Source: a virus
Lineage: Duplodnaviria; Caudoviricetes
DNA length: 36,344 nt
Direction: 5' to 3' (one strand)
Virus record (IMG/VR): IMGVR_UViG_3300021364_000072
Span: 1-36,344 of that record
The notes beneath the pieces were generated by a model. That model had not been told where the DNA came from and did not search any database. It saw nothing but the letters and a program-made list of their open reading frames with translations. Shown here piece by piece: positions 1 through 9,500 of the stretch. Made by a program: the position numbers and the translations under genes. Positions within the stretch are counted from its first letter, which is position 1. The number at the start of each line of letters is the position of its first letter.

Positions 1-1672
1 TTCTAATCAAAGAAGCGTTATCTCTATTCTCATCCGATGCATGTGAGTATAATTTATCAAAGATATCCACTCCCATAAATTGAGCAAGGATTTCCTTTCT
101 CTCACTTTGTGATTTATCTATGAATAGAGAGTTATTACCTTGAAGTGAAAGAGTAGTTAGTACAAAATCTTCATACGTTCCTAAGTATTGTTGAATGATG
201 GAGTTAGTATCCCTCCTTTGCTCTCCATTCAAGGAGTGGATACCACTCTCATCCTCTCTCCAAAAGGATACATCTACTTTTAGATTTCTCCCTTTGTTGA
301 TTAACTTAGCTCTTCTTTCAATAAAGTAATCTACATCTTCTATTTGGAAGTGTAGTTTACAATAGAAGTTACTCTTTCTATTATTAAGAATGTTCTTTGC
401 TATATAGGTTCTACTTGTTTTGTCGAATATACAAAAGGATAGTGCATCGAATAAGGATGATTTACCACTAGCATTAGGTGCGAATATACCTACTATACCA
501 TTTGTGTTTTCAAATCTGATTTTATTATTCTCACCATAAGAGAACATATTAGAGAATTCAAACTCCTTTGGAACCCATTGTACATTAGGAGTCATTTCAT
601 CGTCAACCAACTTTGTGTTGATTTCTCTATTGATTTGTTTTATCTTATCAATCGTTTCATCATCTGCCAAATACTGTCTTTCCAAATAATCTTTGATAAG
701 TTCGTTTTGGAATTCTACATCTCTCACATTTCCGATTGCTAACTTATCATCAAAGTTACCAGTCTTTTGTTTAGATAAAGTATCCATTCGAGTAACAGTG
801 AACTCTTGTACTTTATATTTCTTTTTGATTTGAGTTAATGCCTTTTTAATCTGAGAAGGTTCCGTATTCGAAACTCTTACTCTCAATCGAGGTTTCTTAG
901 GCATATCATCTACGATTGGAACTACACCATTGTTTACATCTAATGTATAGAAACCATAATCGTTTGGTAAGTCAACCTCTTCGAATGTTCTACTTTCAAC
1001 ATCCCATAATAGATAACCATGCTTATCTAATGATTCTCCGTGGTTTTGTTGAATCATAGAACCAGCATATGCTATTGTTGAAGTTCCTAATGTTTGTCTT
1101 TTATGAATATCACCTAACATTACCATATCAAATCCTTCAAACATATCAGTTGTGAAAGAGTTTGATGATACAGTATATCCGATATCAGTTTGTGCTAAGT
1201 TTACAGGTCCGTGGAATAAACAAATAGTGTTTTCACCTTCTACCAATTCCGCCTTTGGCCAATTCTCTTTTTCATCGAGTATCGAATATACAACAAAAGT
1301 AAGATTATGAAAGGGATACACACCAGTATCTTTAAGGTAATGGATTCTATCATTTTCTAAGTTTTCTACGATTGGAGTTAGTACATCCAATCTATAATTA
1401 TTATTTAGATTACAATCGTGATTACCAGTGATTAAGAATGTATGTTTTCTATTTGCACATTCAGTTAAGAACCAACTGATTTCTCTGATTAACTCAGGAC
1501 TCATTTCGGTTTTAGCATGTGCAATATCACCAGCTAAATAGATAACTGAATTCTCAATGTTATCCTTATCTACGTTGTTTAAGAATTTTTGGAATACTTC
1601 TCTATATTCCTTATGTCTTTTTAAATTACGAATATGTAAATCCGCTAAATGGTAGATTTTTTCTACTATCAT
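1..1672 (-). CDS. Mre11-Rad50 (SbcD-SbcC / T4 gp47-gp46) fusion recombination nuclease-ATPase, runs off the window edge
   Basis: Hand translation from ATG 1672 (ATGA overlap with the primase stop) gives metallophosphoesterase motifs ADLHI, AGDIAH, TGNHD, FHG and GDIH. These are followed in frame by FSNMFSY and the Walker A motif GIFAPNASGKSS (at ~490-455), then TLSLQG and ERKEILAQFMG. Confidence 0.93.
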   Translation of the reverse strand, partial: MIVEKIYHLADLHIRNLKRHKEYREVFQKFLNNVDKDNIENSVIYLAGDIAHAKTEMSPELIREISWFLTECANRKHTFLITGNHDCNLNNNYRLDVLTPIVENLENDRIHYLKDTGVYPFHNLTFVVYSILDEKENWPKAELVEGENTICLFHGPVNLAQTDIGYTVSSNSFTTDMFEGFDMVMLGDIHKRQTLGTSTIAYAGSMIQQNHGESLDKHGYLLWDVESRTFEEVDLPNDYGFYTLDVNNGVVPIVDDMPKKPRLRVRVSNTEPSQIKKALTQIKKKYKVQEFTVTRMDTLSKQKTGNFDDKLAIGNVRDVEFQNELIKDYLERQYLADDETIDKIKQINREINTKLVDDEMTPNVQWVPKEFEFSNMFSYGENNKIRFENTNGIVGIFAPNASGKSSLFDALSFCIFDKTSRTYIAKNILNNRKSNFYCKLHFQIEDVDYFIERRAKLINKGRNLKVDVSFWREDESGIHSLNGEQRRDTNSIIQQYLGTYEDFVLTTLSLQGNNSLFIDKSQSERKEILAQFMGVDIFDKLYSHASDENRDNASLIR

Positions 1673-2607
1673 ATATTATTTAGTTTTGAAAGGATTAAAT
1701 CATCCCAACCGGTTTCTTCGGTTTCTTTTAACAAGTTATTTATTTTATCAAATCCCAAATCACCAGCATCACCACCTTCAGGTATAACATTCTTTACCTT
1801 TATACCATTTTTGATAAAATAGTTTGCATGCTTAGTAGAATCTTCTACTGCATCAGAATCTAACAATATGTTGATTTCCTTTACACCCTTCTCTTTAATT
1901 TTGTTTTGTAAACTTCGAGGTATAAACTTTCCTAAAATAGGAATCACATTTCTCTTTACTGAGAATGAATCAAAAACTCCCTCCACCAATGTAATAGGTT
2001 CTTTCCAATTGATTTGATTATCAAATACAATTACATTTCTACTAACAGGTGGATTCTTATACTTCATCTTCTCATCTTCATAAAAAGAACGAGCAATGAA
2101 ATAATTTAATTCACCATCTTCATTATAAGATGGAATAATTATTCTACCACTATATAATCCTTCCTCACAATAACCAATATTATATTTCAAAACCTCATCC
2201 ATAGAAATACTTCTTTGTTTGAGATAATGAATTGCTTGATTATAAATCGGATTGATTGATTTTGGTTTTTTTGAAAGTGATTTGAATTCTTTTGGAAGTC
2301 TGAGAACTATCTTCTCTACTTCTACTTCATTTCGTTTTGGTTTATACTCACCATATATAGAATGAATTCTTGCTAATTCACTCTTATCAACATTTAGTTT
2401 ATAAAGTAAGGATTGAATACTCCTACCCTTAGAATCACATACCCAGCAATGCCAATATTGGGATTCTAAATTGATTTGGAGTTTCTTCTTATGGTGATGA
2501 CAAAAAGGGCAATGATGTGCTTGTTCATTTCCCTTTAAAGATGTACCAACACCTAAGGCAGAATCCAATACGTTTATAACAACTAACTTATTTCTTGCGG
2601 AGAGCAT
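1669..2607 (-). CDS. dnaG: DNA primase (DnaG/T4 gp61-like)
   Basis: N-terminal Zn finger CPFC...HCWVC, RIIIP...FIAR, KYKNP, and TOPRIM motifs LVEGVFD, LDSD and DAGD. Confidence 0.92.
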   Translation of the reverse strand: MLSARNKLVVINVLDSALGVGTSLKGNEQAHHCPFCHHHKKKLQINLESQYWHCWVCDSKGRSIQSLLYKLNVDKSELARIHSIYGEYKPKRNEVEVEKIVLRLPKEFKSLSKKPKSINPIYNQAIHYLKQRSISMDEVLKYNIGYCEEGLYSGRIIIPSYNEDGELNYFIARSFYEDEKMKYKNPPVSRNVIVFDNQINWKEPITLVEGVFDSFSVKRNVIPILGKFIPRSLQNKIKEKGVKEINILLDSDAVEDSTKHANYFIKNGIKVKNVIPEGGDAGDLGFDKINNLLKETEETGWDDLILSKLNNI

Positions 2608-2622
2608 AAATTAAATTTTATA

Positions 2623-2654
2623 CAAATATAAGAAAAATATTTGATATATCCAAA
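2623..2654 (-). promoter_or_regulatory. Bacteroidota sigma-A-type promoter for primase and the Mre11-Rad50 fusion
   Basis: Minus strand reads TTTG-N20-TATATTTG, an exact match to the -33/-7 consensus, ending 15 nt before the ATG. Confidence 0.8.
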
Positions 2655-2858
2655 TTATCCAATAGTTGAATCGGAAACATCAAACAAAAATTGTCCTAAT
2701 TTTTTTATATCATTAATAGTTTGTGCATCAACGTTACGCTTTTGCATTTGAATTACCAAATCTTTTATTGATTTTACTGCTATTTTCAATCCATCATCCT
2801 TCGCATTCAAAGAATTTGGATTGATACCATGTTTACGTGCTACTTGATTTAAAGTCAT
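2655..2858 (-). CDS. Hypothetical protein (67 aa, MTLNQVARKHG...)
   Basis: ORF track gives 2655..2903. Start moved to ATG 2858 because a promoter at 2893-2924 overlaps the longer TTG start. Confidence 0.7.
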   Translation of the reverse strand: MTLNQVARKHGINPNSLNAKDDGLKIAVKSIKDLVIQMQKRNVDAQTINDIKKLGQFLFDVSDSTIG

Positions 2859-2892
2859 AATATTATTTTTTGTGTATATACAATTAAGAGTA

Positions 2893-2924
2893 CTAATATA
2901 CAAATAATATTTTAATTATCCAAA
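2893..2924 (-). promoter_or_regulatory. Bacteroidota sigma-A-type promoter
   Basis: Minus strand reads TTTG-N20-TATATTAG. Confidence 0.65.
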
Positions 2925-3376
2925 TCTTTTTTGTAAAATTTTCCTAAAATATTACCATTTAGACAATTATCATCAGAAAGTACATCATATTTGAATTGAT
3001 AATATACTTCATAATAAGATAAGGATTTTTTGGAATAGCAGAATTGTAATACACTTCGTTTGAACTCATCTTCTTTACCTTCTGAGATTTGTTCTTTAAT
3101 CCAATCGTTTGATGAGTAGTATTTCTGCCAGTCAGAAGATTTTCTAACTTTTTTCTTTTTAGGAAGTGAACCTCTTATACCCTTTAACTTTCGTTCTTCT
3201 TTGATACGTTTTAGTTCCCTAACACCTATTTTTACATTGCGAACACTTTCTAAAGATTTTTTTCCAATGTAGTATTTGCCAGTGGGAATATGTTCTATTA
3301 GATAAACAAATCCTACGGCATTTTCAGGTATAACATCTTCGGTAACATCGTTACCATTCCATAACCAATTTAGCAT
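2912..3376 (-). CDS. GIY-YIG endonuclease (T4 EndoII/DenA-like)
   Basis: GFVYLI...YYIGKK, SDWQKYYSS, YYEVYYQF and LNGNI motifs. Confidence 0.8.
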   Translation of the reverse strand: MLNWLWNGNDVTEDVIPENAVGFVYLIEHIPTGKYYIGKKSLESVRNVKIGVRELKRIKEERKLKGIRGSLPKKKKVRKSSDWQKYYSSNDWIKEQISEGKEDEFKRSVLQFCYSKKSLSYYEVYYQFKYDVLSDDNCLNGNILGKFYKKDLDN

Positions 3377-3382
3377 TAAATA

Positions 3383-3565
3383 TTATTTAAATGTATCAGA
3401 GTAAGGTTTACTTTTTAGTTGACCACCTCTAGCTTGCTTTATTTTAGCTTCATCTTTAGATAAATCTAAACCACCATCAGCTTCAATTTTAGTTTTATCA
3501 CCACCTTTAGTGTTTGCTTTTGATTGAGCAGGTGGGTTATTTTTTAATCTTTCTTCTAAAGTCAT
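3383..3565 (-). CDS. Hypothetical small protein (60 aa)
   Basis: ORF fills the intergenic gap and is preceded by the ATATTTATA motif. Confidence 0.7.
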   Translation of the reverse strand: MTLEERLKNNPPAQSKANTKGGDKTKIEADGGLDLSKDEAKIKQARGGQLKSKPYSDTFK

Positions 3566-3586
3566 AATTGTGTTCCTTTAATATAT

Positions 3587-3595
3587 TATAAATAT
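3587..3595 (-). promoter_or_regulatory. Putative late promoter motif ATATTTATA
   Basis: Recurring intergenic 9-mer, 21 nt upstream of the ATG. Confidence 0.65.
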
Positions 3596-3599
3596 AACC

Positions 3600-4538
3600 T
3601 TATGTATCCAAACGAACAATGAAATTCACTGGATAATCTGGCAGTGATTTGATTGGTTGAGGTAATTTTGCTACTGCAACCATATTTAAATCATCATCAT
3701 ATAACCCTATTGTTGTAATAAATGGTGCTATGTAAGAACCAGTTTGGTCTAACGAACCACTTACTTCATAGTCATCAAAACTTCCCTTTGATGTATTATC
3801 ATACGAAGATACAAATGGATATTTTGAATTTCTAATATAACGAGCACCTGGTTGATAAAATTCTTTAGTAATTAACCCACCATCAGTTAATCTTACTCTG
3901 GGATTATTTACAGTTGCACTTACTTTTTTACCACCCACTTCATAAACTGCAGTTGGGTTTTGAGATACGTTAAATTCATTTTCTAAAACTGATAAAAATA
4001 TTTCATTTTCATAAATAGTCATTGTTGAGCGATATGATACTTCAAATGAAGATAGTCCAGTATTATCTGCTACATCTTCTGTTAAAACTACCAATCCTCT
4101 ATCATAAAAAACATTACCTTTAATATTTGATGCAGAATCTATTAAATTAGAATTACCATCATCGGTTGCGGTTATTGAACCATACTCAACTACCATAGAA
4201 CCTATTTTAATTCCCTCACCATAATATTGTTGAGGAATTGATATCACACCAATGGTATCACCAATAACTCTCTCATCAGTTGATGCATATGATTCTCTCT
4301 TACCAACTTCAGTTACAATTGATGCTGTGGCTGGGTTTAAGTAGAATTGTGATTTTATAGAATCGTATAGGGTTCTTTTAGATGTACCATCTGAGTTAGT
4401 ATCATCAGTATCTACATCGTACAAATCGGTCTGATTAGTACCATAATGTGCTGATATATCAGTCTGGTCTAAAGTCCATTCTTTATAAACTTTAAACGGT
4501 CTAACTACTACATCTGATTTTGGAATCTCTTTTATCAT
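3600..4538 (-). CDS. Baseplate/tail structural protein with C-terminal P2 gpH-like (tail-collar) motif
   Basis: C-terminal ITTIGLYDDDLNMVAVAKLPQPIKS. Paralogous to 4627..5838 (shared DDG/DDS, G-x-FYDRG, EFNxSxNPT). Lies in the baseplate module. Confidence 0.7.
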   Translation of the reverse strand: MIKEIPKSDVVVRPFKVYKEWTLDQTDISAHYGTNQTDLYDVDTDDTNSDGTSKRTLYDSIKSQFYLNPATASIVTEVGKRESYASTDERVIGDTIGVISIPQQYYGEGIKIGSMVVEYGSITATDDGNSNLIDSASNIKGNVFYDRGLVVLTEDVADNTGLSSFEVSYRSTMTIYENEIFLSVLENEFNVSQNPTAVYEVGGKKVSATVNNPRVRLTDGGLITKEFYQPGARYIRNSKYPFVSSYDNTSKGSFDDYEVSGSLDQTGSYIAPFITTIGLYDDDLNMVAVAKLPQPIKSLPDYPVNFIVRLDT

Positions 4539-4555
4539 CTACACAAATAGTTTTA

Positions 4556-4564
4556 TATAAATAT
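4556..4564 (-). promoter_or_regulatory. Putative late promoter motif ATATTTATA
   Basis: 17 nt upstream of ATG 4538, immediately after a terminator. Confidence 0.65.
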
Positions 4565-4572
4565 TAAGAAAC

Positions 4573-4597
4573 AAAAAACCCCACTTTTAGTGGGGTT
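4573..4597 (-). terminator. Rho-independent terminator
   Basis: Perfect 9-bp stem AACCCCACT/AGTGGGGTT with a 3-nt loop, followed by a T-tract on the minus strand, downstream of the 403-aa gene. Confidence 0.85.
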
Positions 4598-4626
4598 CTT
4601 CTATTATTTATATTTTAATAAATTTA

Positions 4627-5838
4627 TTAGAATGAAAGTTTAACTTTAATTAGAACTTCTTTATCAAATGATTTTTCAATCGGTTGAGAAGTTTTAGCTA
4701 CTGCAATGGTTTCATTTGCATCATTCAATAAACCAACCGTTGTGATATAGGTTTTAGGGTCACTTTCAAATGTTGTTTCCACAAACGTTCCATTAGCATT
4801 TACATACGTTGGGTTGTTTGAGTAGTTAAATTCTCTATTTGTTGCTCTTACAAAGAAGTGTTGTGTAGATACATTCTCAGTTCTTCTTGCTTGGAAATCA
4901 CCACCATGATGAATTGCGTAGAATAATCTCTTATGATTTTCCTTATCAGCATCTACACCTAAATCACCAACTAAAGTACCTAAGTTTCCGAAATCAGCAT
5001 CAAATGCGTTACCAACAGTATCAGCGATAGCAGTTGGATTAAGAATCATAATACCTCTATCAGGATAAAATAGTCCATATCCTTCATCATTAGATGCAGT
5101 TGTTGTATTGATAGTTGCGGCATCTTCTGTTCCTAAGTTAAGTGAACCTGATACTACTTTAAATACTCTACCAGCTTTTCCTAATGTATCTCCAAACTTT
5201 TTACCACTATCATCAATGAAAGTAAATAATCCATTAGAACCAGAAAGTTGTAATGACCAGTTACCCGGATCCATTTTTTCTCTATATCTAGCTCTATTAA
5301 TATTGATAGCGTAAATAGAATTAGAATCAACAGCTACACCACTTCCATTTTCAAATGAGAATTGGTCATCGGTTGGGTCTAATAAAACTGATTTGTATTG
5401 AGCGTAAGTTGCTTTTGTAGGTAGTAATGCATCATCATTTTGTGATAATTCTACAGAACCACTTCCATTTAAGTGCCCATATGCCACACCGAATTGAACT
5501 TCAGCAGATGCGGTTAGTGCAGTATCTCCAGCATAAGCGTTATAGTAGTACTTACCACTATCAGCTGCTACTTGAGTTGAAGAAGTGTAAAGTGCGGTTA
5601 AAGAACCTACATCACCAGACCATAATCCAGTTGTTACTACTTCTACTTTTGCGTTTACTTTATCAAACTCACCGAATCTTTTATAGATTCCAGTGGTTAC
5701 ACCAGCTCCTGCTTGTAATTGTTGTCCTGCAGGTAGTGCTGAGTTTAAAAGGGCTACAACATCACTACTGTCGATTGTACCGCCTGATGCTAATGCTTGT
5801 AGTTGAGCGGTTATTTGAGGGTCGTTTATAATTGCCAT
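4627..5838 (-). CDS. Baseplate/tail structural protein with C-terminal P2 gpH-like motif
   Basis: C-terminal YITTVGLLNDANETIAVAKTSQPIEK. Gly/Ala/Ser/Thr-rich, paralogue of 3600..4538. Confidence 0.7.
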   Translation of the reverse strand: MAIINDPQITAQLQALASGGTIDSSDVVALLNSALPAGQQLQAGAGVTTGIYKRFGEFDKVNAKVEVVTTGLWSGDVGSLTALYTSSTQVAADSGKYYYNAYAGDTALTASAEVQFGVAYGHLNGSGSVELSQNDDALLPTKATYAQYKSVLLDPTDDQFSFENGSGVAVDSNSIYAININRARYREKMDPGNWSLQLSGSNGLFTFIDDSGKKFGDTLGKAGRVFKVVSGSLNLGTEDAATINTTTASNDEGYGLFYPDRGIMILNPTAIADTVGNAFDADFGNLGTLVGDLGVDADKENHKRLFYAIHHGGDFQARRTENVSTQHFFVRATNREFNYSNNPTYVNANGTFVETTFESDPKTYITTVGLLNDANETIAVAKTSQPIEKSFDKEVLIKVKLSF

Positions 5839-5851
5839 ATCTTATCCTTTA

Positions 5852-6481
5852 TTAATTGTTACTTCTATAAGTTACAGTTACAGGAATGGTTTGTGAACCA
5901 CCCGTCTCATTTCCATATACAGTTATTGTAGTAGAAACATTAGATGTTAACGATGGATTAGGTGAGAATGTAAATCCTAAACCACTAACAACTTGTGCCG
6001 TAGTTGTGATTTCCTCTCCTAAGAAAACAGGAACCGAACCGGCTGCTGTTGCTCCTTGCGTTACTGCTAATGTACCAGCTCTCTGGTCTGCTAATACAAC
6101 AGTATATCCAGCACCAGTATTTCCTTGTGGTGAAGTTGTAGGTGAGAGAGCAACTTGCCCCTCATCTTGGAAAACTCCTACTGAAGAAATACCTAATGCT
6201 ACAACTGGAATCTGAGTTGTACCTTTTGGTAATGTAACTAACTTGTATCTTAATACTTGTGTTTCGTCTGGACTAGCTTCCAGAATTGGTATCGCCTTAA
6301 TTGCTGAGTCATAATACGCTGAACCCTTTGGGTGCGCTGGCTCATACAATGTATAATCAATCTCATCATCTCCTAATGCGAATTTGGAAATGTTAAGGGA
6401 TTGACCAGATGCCAACTTCTGTCTACCTTTTTTGGTTAGGATGGCATCGACTGTAATTGATGTATTGTCTAAATATCCCAT
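5852..6481 (-). CDS. Baseplate/tail structural protein with N-terminal P2 gpH-like motif
   Basis: N-terminal ILTKKGRQKLASGQSLNISKFALGDD resembles the start of P2 gpH (DUF3751). Beta-rich, Ig-like C-terminus. Confidence 0.65.
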   Translation of the reverse strand: MGYLDNTSITVDAILTKKGRQKLASGQSLNISKFALGDDEIDYTLYEPAHPKGSAYYDSAIKAIPILEASPDETQVLRYKLVTLPKGTTQIPVVALGISSVGVFQDEGQVALSPTTSPQGNTGAGYTVVLADQRAGTLAVTQGATAAGSVPVFLGEEITTTAQVVSGLGFTFSPNPSLTSNVSTTITVYGNETGGSQTIPVTVTYRSNN

Positions 6482-6518
6482 AATTTTTTTTAATTTGCCC
6501 TTTTGTTTATTATGTACT

Positions 6519-6527
6519 AATAAATAT
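6519..6527 (-). promoter_or_regulatory. Putative late promoter motif variant ATATTTATT
   Basis: Intergenic, 37 nt upstream of ATG 6481. Confidence 0.55.
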
Positions 6528-6545
6528 AACTATTTTAAAATTTAA

Positions 6546-9500
6546 TTAATCTACCTCAAGAATCGGTTCTCCACTTCCTCTACCAGTATCCGCAACTCTT
6601 AAAATGTTTGGATTCGTAGTAAATGTTTCAACAGGTGATAAACCATCTGGGGTTGTATCTTGTGTTTGTTTTGAACCTTCAAAGAATGAATTCTTCAATC
6701 CTTGTGATAAGTTATTTTTGTATCTATAATGAGATGGTAGGTATCCCTTTAAAGCAGTAACTTCAACTATATCATTTCCAACAGTTGGGTCTGGTGCTCC
6801 GAATGGAACTTTTGTTACTTTGTATCTAAACTTAGTAACTTCTACATCCTCATATCTAATCTGCTCATTGTTTGTGGTAGTAGGATATCCAGCTACCTGA
6901 GTAGATATTGTTTCTTTATATTGTTCTTTTACTAAATATACTTGTTGTCTACTTCCTGATAGGTTTCCGAATATATCCAATGTACTAATCTCACCATACT
7001 TTTCGATTGGTGTAAATAACCCAAACCCAGCATTATTTAATGAATTCGGGTCCATTCCGATTTGTTCAAATCCAAATGATGCTGCAGTTGCATCTAATAC
7101 TCCACCATCAGGTACATTTATTTCAGAAACATATGTTGGATAATTACCACTTAAAGTAGTTTCATCATCAACATCAATAGAAGAGTCATATTGTGGATTA
7201 GTCGATGTTAATACTACATCTTCCTCACCATCAAGATTCGCTTCATAATTATCGTACTGATGTGAAAGGACTACATCAGATTCTCCATCTATGTTTGCTT
7301 GGAATTGATTGTTATCACCTAATAGTATTACATCTTCATCAACATCAACACCAGTTTCATAATCTCGTTTTTCAGATGTTGGTTTTTCCCATTTAGTTTT
7401 ACTTCTTTCTAAAAAGTGAGGTTCAATCAATAAACCTTTAGAAACCTTTGCCCTAGCAGGAACTAAATCTTCCAATACATCAAATAACGATTTATCAATG
7501 TATCTAATTAATCTAATGTATTCATAAATATCTCTATTTAATCTTTGGAAGTAGTAATCTCTTAAAGATTTTAATTCGGTATATTCATCTTTATATTCAT
7601 CCGCAGGTGCTCCAATGTAATTATCAATATTGAAATTACCAAAGGATTTGATAATATCCATATTCAACTCTTTGATTGGTGAGAAGAATAATCCTAATCG
7701 AGATGAATCGATTGGAGCTCTATCTAATGATTTTTTAGTTGCCCTAACTTTATGTGATAAATCACCAACTAAAGTTTGAGTTTCAAATCTAATTTTATCA
7801 GCTTGATTAAATCCTAATGAAGGAACTTTTGCAGTAATTGTTCTTTCATAACTTCTATAATGATATGGATAATCGGATATAGAATTAAATCCAACTGCAG
7901 TTCCATCAACATTGTACTCGGTACTAATAGCAACATTATTTACATTTGTTGATGATGATAAATCTTTAGGATATTCAAAATCAAATCTAAGTACTAAATC
8001 TTCAGCTGAAGCTGTATAGCTATTACCTGCTATTGAATCAGGTTGTAAGGTATGAGTATCTAATAAATTTGTTTCTAATGGCGTTTTCCATAATCTAAAT
8101 TCATCCAATGAACCACCAAAACCATTACCCAATCTAATAGTATTCGATATACCACTACCAGTCCAATTAGATGCACCATTAACAGTTAAGGTATCGGAAG
8201 ATACTTCAGTTCTAATTCTACCATTTTGTGAATCTCTTAAATAAAGATTAAATGTATCATTTACACCATCTTCACCTTTATTTATTAAAATTTGCTTGTA
8301 TTCACCATCAAAGAATCTAACATTATCAATAGATGCTGATTCTAATGTTGAACTTGAACTCACATATAAATCTAAGTTAGCAAAACTACCTGTGGTTTGT
8401 GATATTTTAAATTCCCACTCAACATTTGAACCAAGAATATCCATACCCTTAATTAATGATGTTGTTTTGGGTGTAGTTGAATTTACTCTAAACTCAATGG
8501 ATTTAGGCCAATCATCATCAACAGCTCTCCAAGGTATTTGAATATATTCATTTGTATCTTCACTAAGTACTATCTCAGCTGTTCTATCATCAAATGTAAA
8601 TGGTTGAGTACCACCATCAGTTGGGTCAGTTGGTCCTCCAAACTCCATAATTGTAAGAAGTGATTGTGGAACACCATAACAAGCCATTACTGCTTTCAAA
8701 GAACGAGAAGTACCTTTGTGTTTTAGTAAATAAGGTAAGTTATTAAGTATTCTTCTCCAAACCTCTTCATTTGCTGATTTAAGTGATTGTTGATACTTCT
8801 GAGTACCATCTTTATATTGTCCTAATGCATATTCCCATAAGTGTTGAGAATCATATGCTTTCTTACCTTCCCAACCTAATGATTCTAATAATGAGTAAAC
8901 TAAATCATTTGAGAATCCTAAATCAGCTTTATGTTCTGGTTTTCTTATATTATTTAATCCATTAATATATGCCCATATAACATCAAAGTGATGCCCTAGC
9001 ATATCCATAAACAACATAAAGTCCTCATTTTGATAATCCTCCTTAATAAACTCTGGAAGGTTATTGTTTAGATAATCTATGTTATTTCTATCGAATAATG
9101 CTGCATCATTTACAGCAGAGTTATACCAAGATATCGCTTCTGTAGATGTTGATGATAGAACCGAACTTCCACTTTTTGGATATCCCAAAGAAGTGGTTGA
9201 TGTGTATAAGAAGTTTTCAAATCCATCAAATGTTCTAATTAAATTATTTATATTAGTTAATTGTTGATTTGCTTGTACTACTGATGCAGCTGTTACAGAT
9301 ACTGCTTCAATTTGTAAGCTTGAAGAAGCTGGTTCACTTATGATTGTATATTCATCAACAGAACCACCCTCTGCCAAAAGATATCCTAATTCTACTTGAG
9401 ATACTGATAAACTATTGTATTTATTTTGATAATTTTCTAATAGTTCGATTTTGTATTGGAAATTTTTTATTCTCTCTTCAGCTGAACCAAAGTGTACAAA

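Noticed and set aside
2912-3376. GIY-YIG gene as a mobile homing endonuclease or intron
   Set aside because: It is a free-standing single-domain protein without NUMOD/HTH extensions, no neighbouring gene is interrupted, and the pattern fits an EndoII-like enzyme better.
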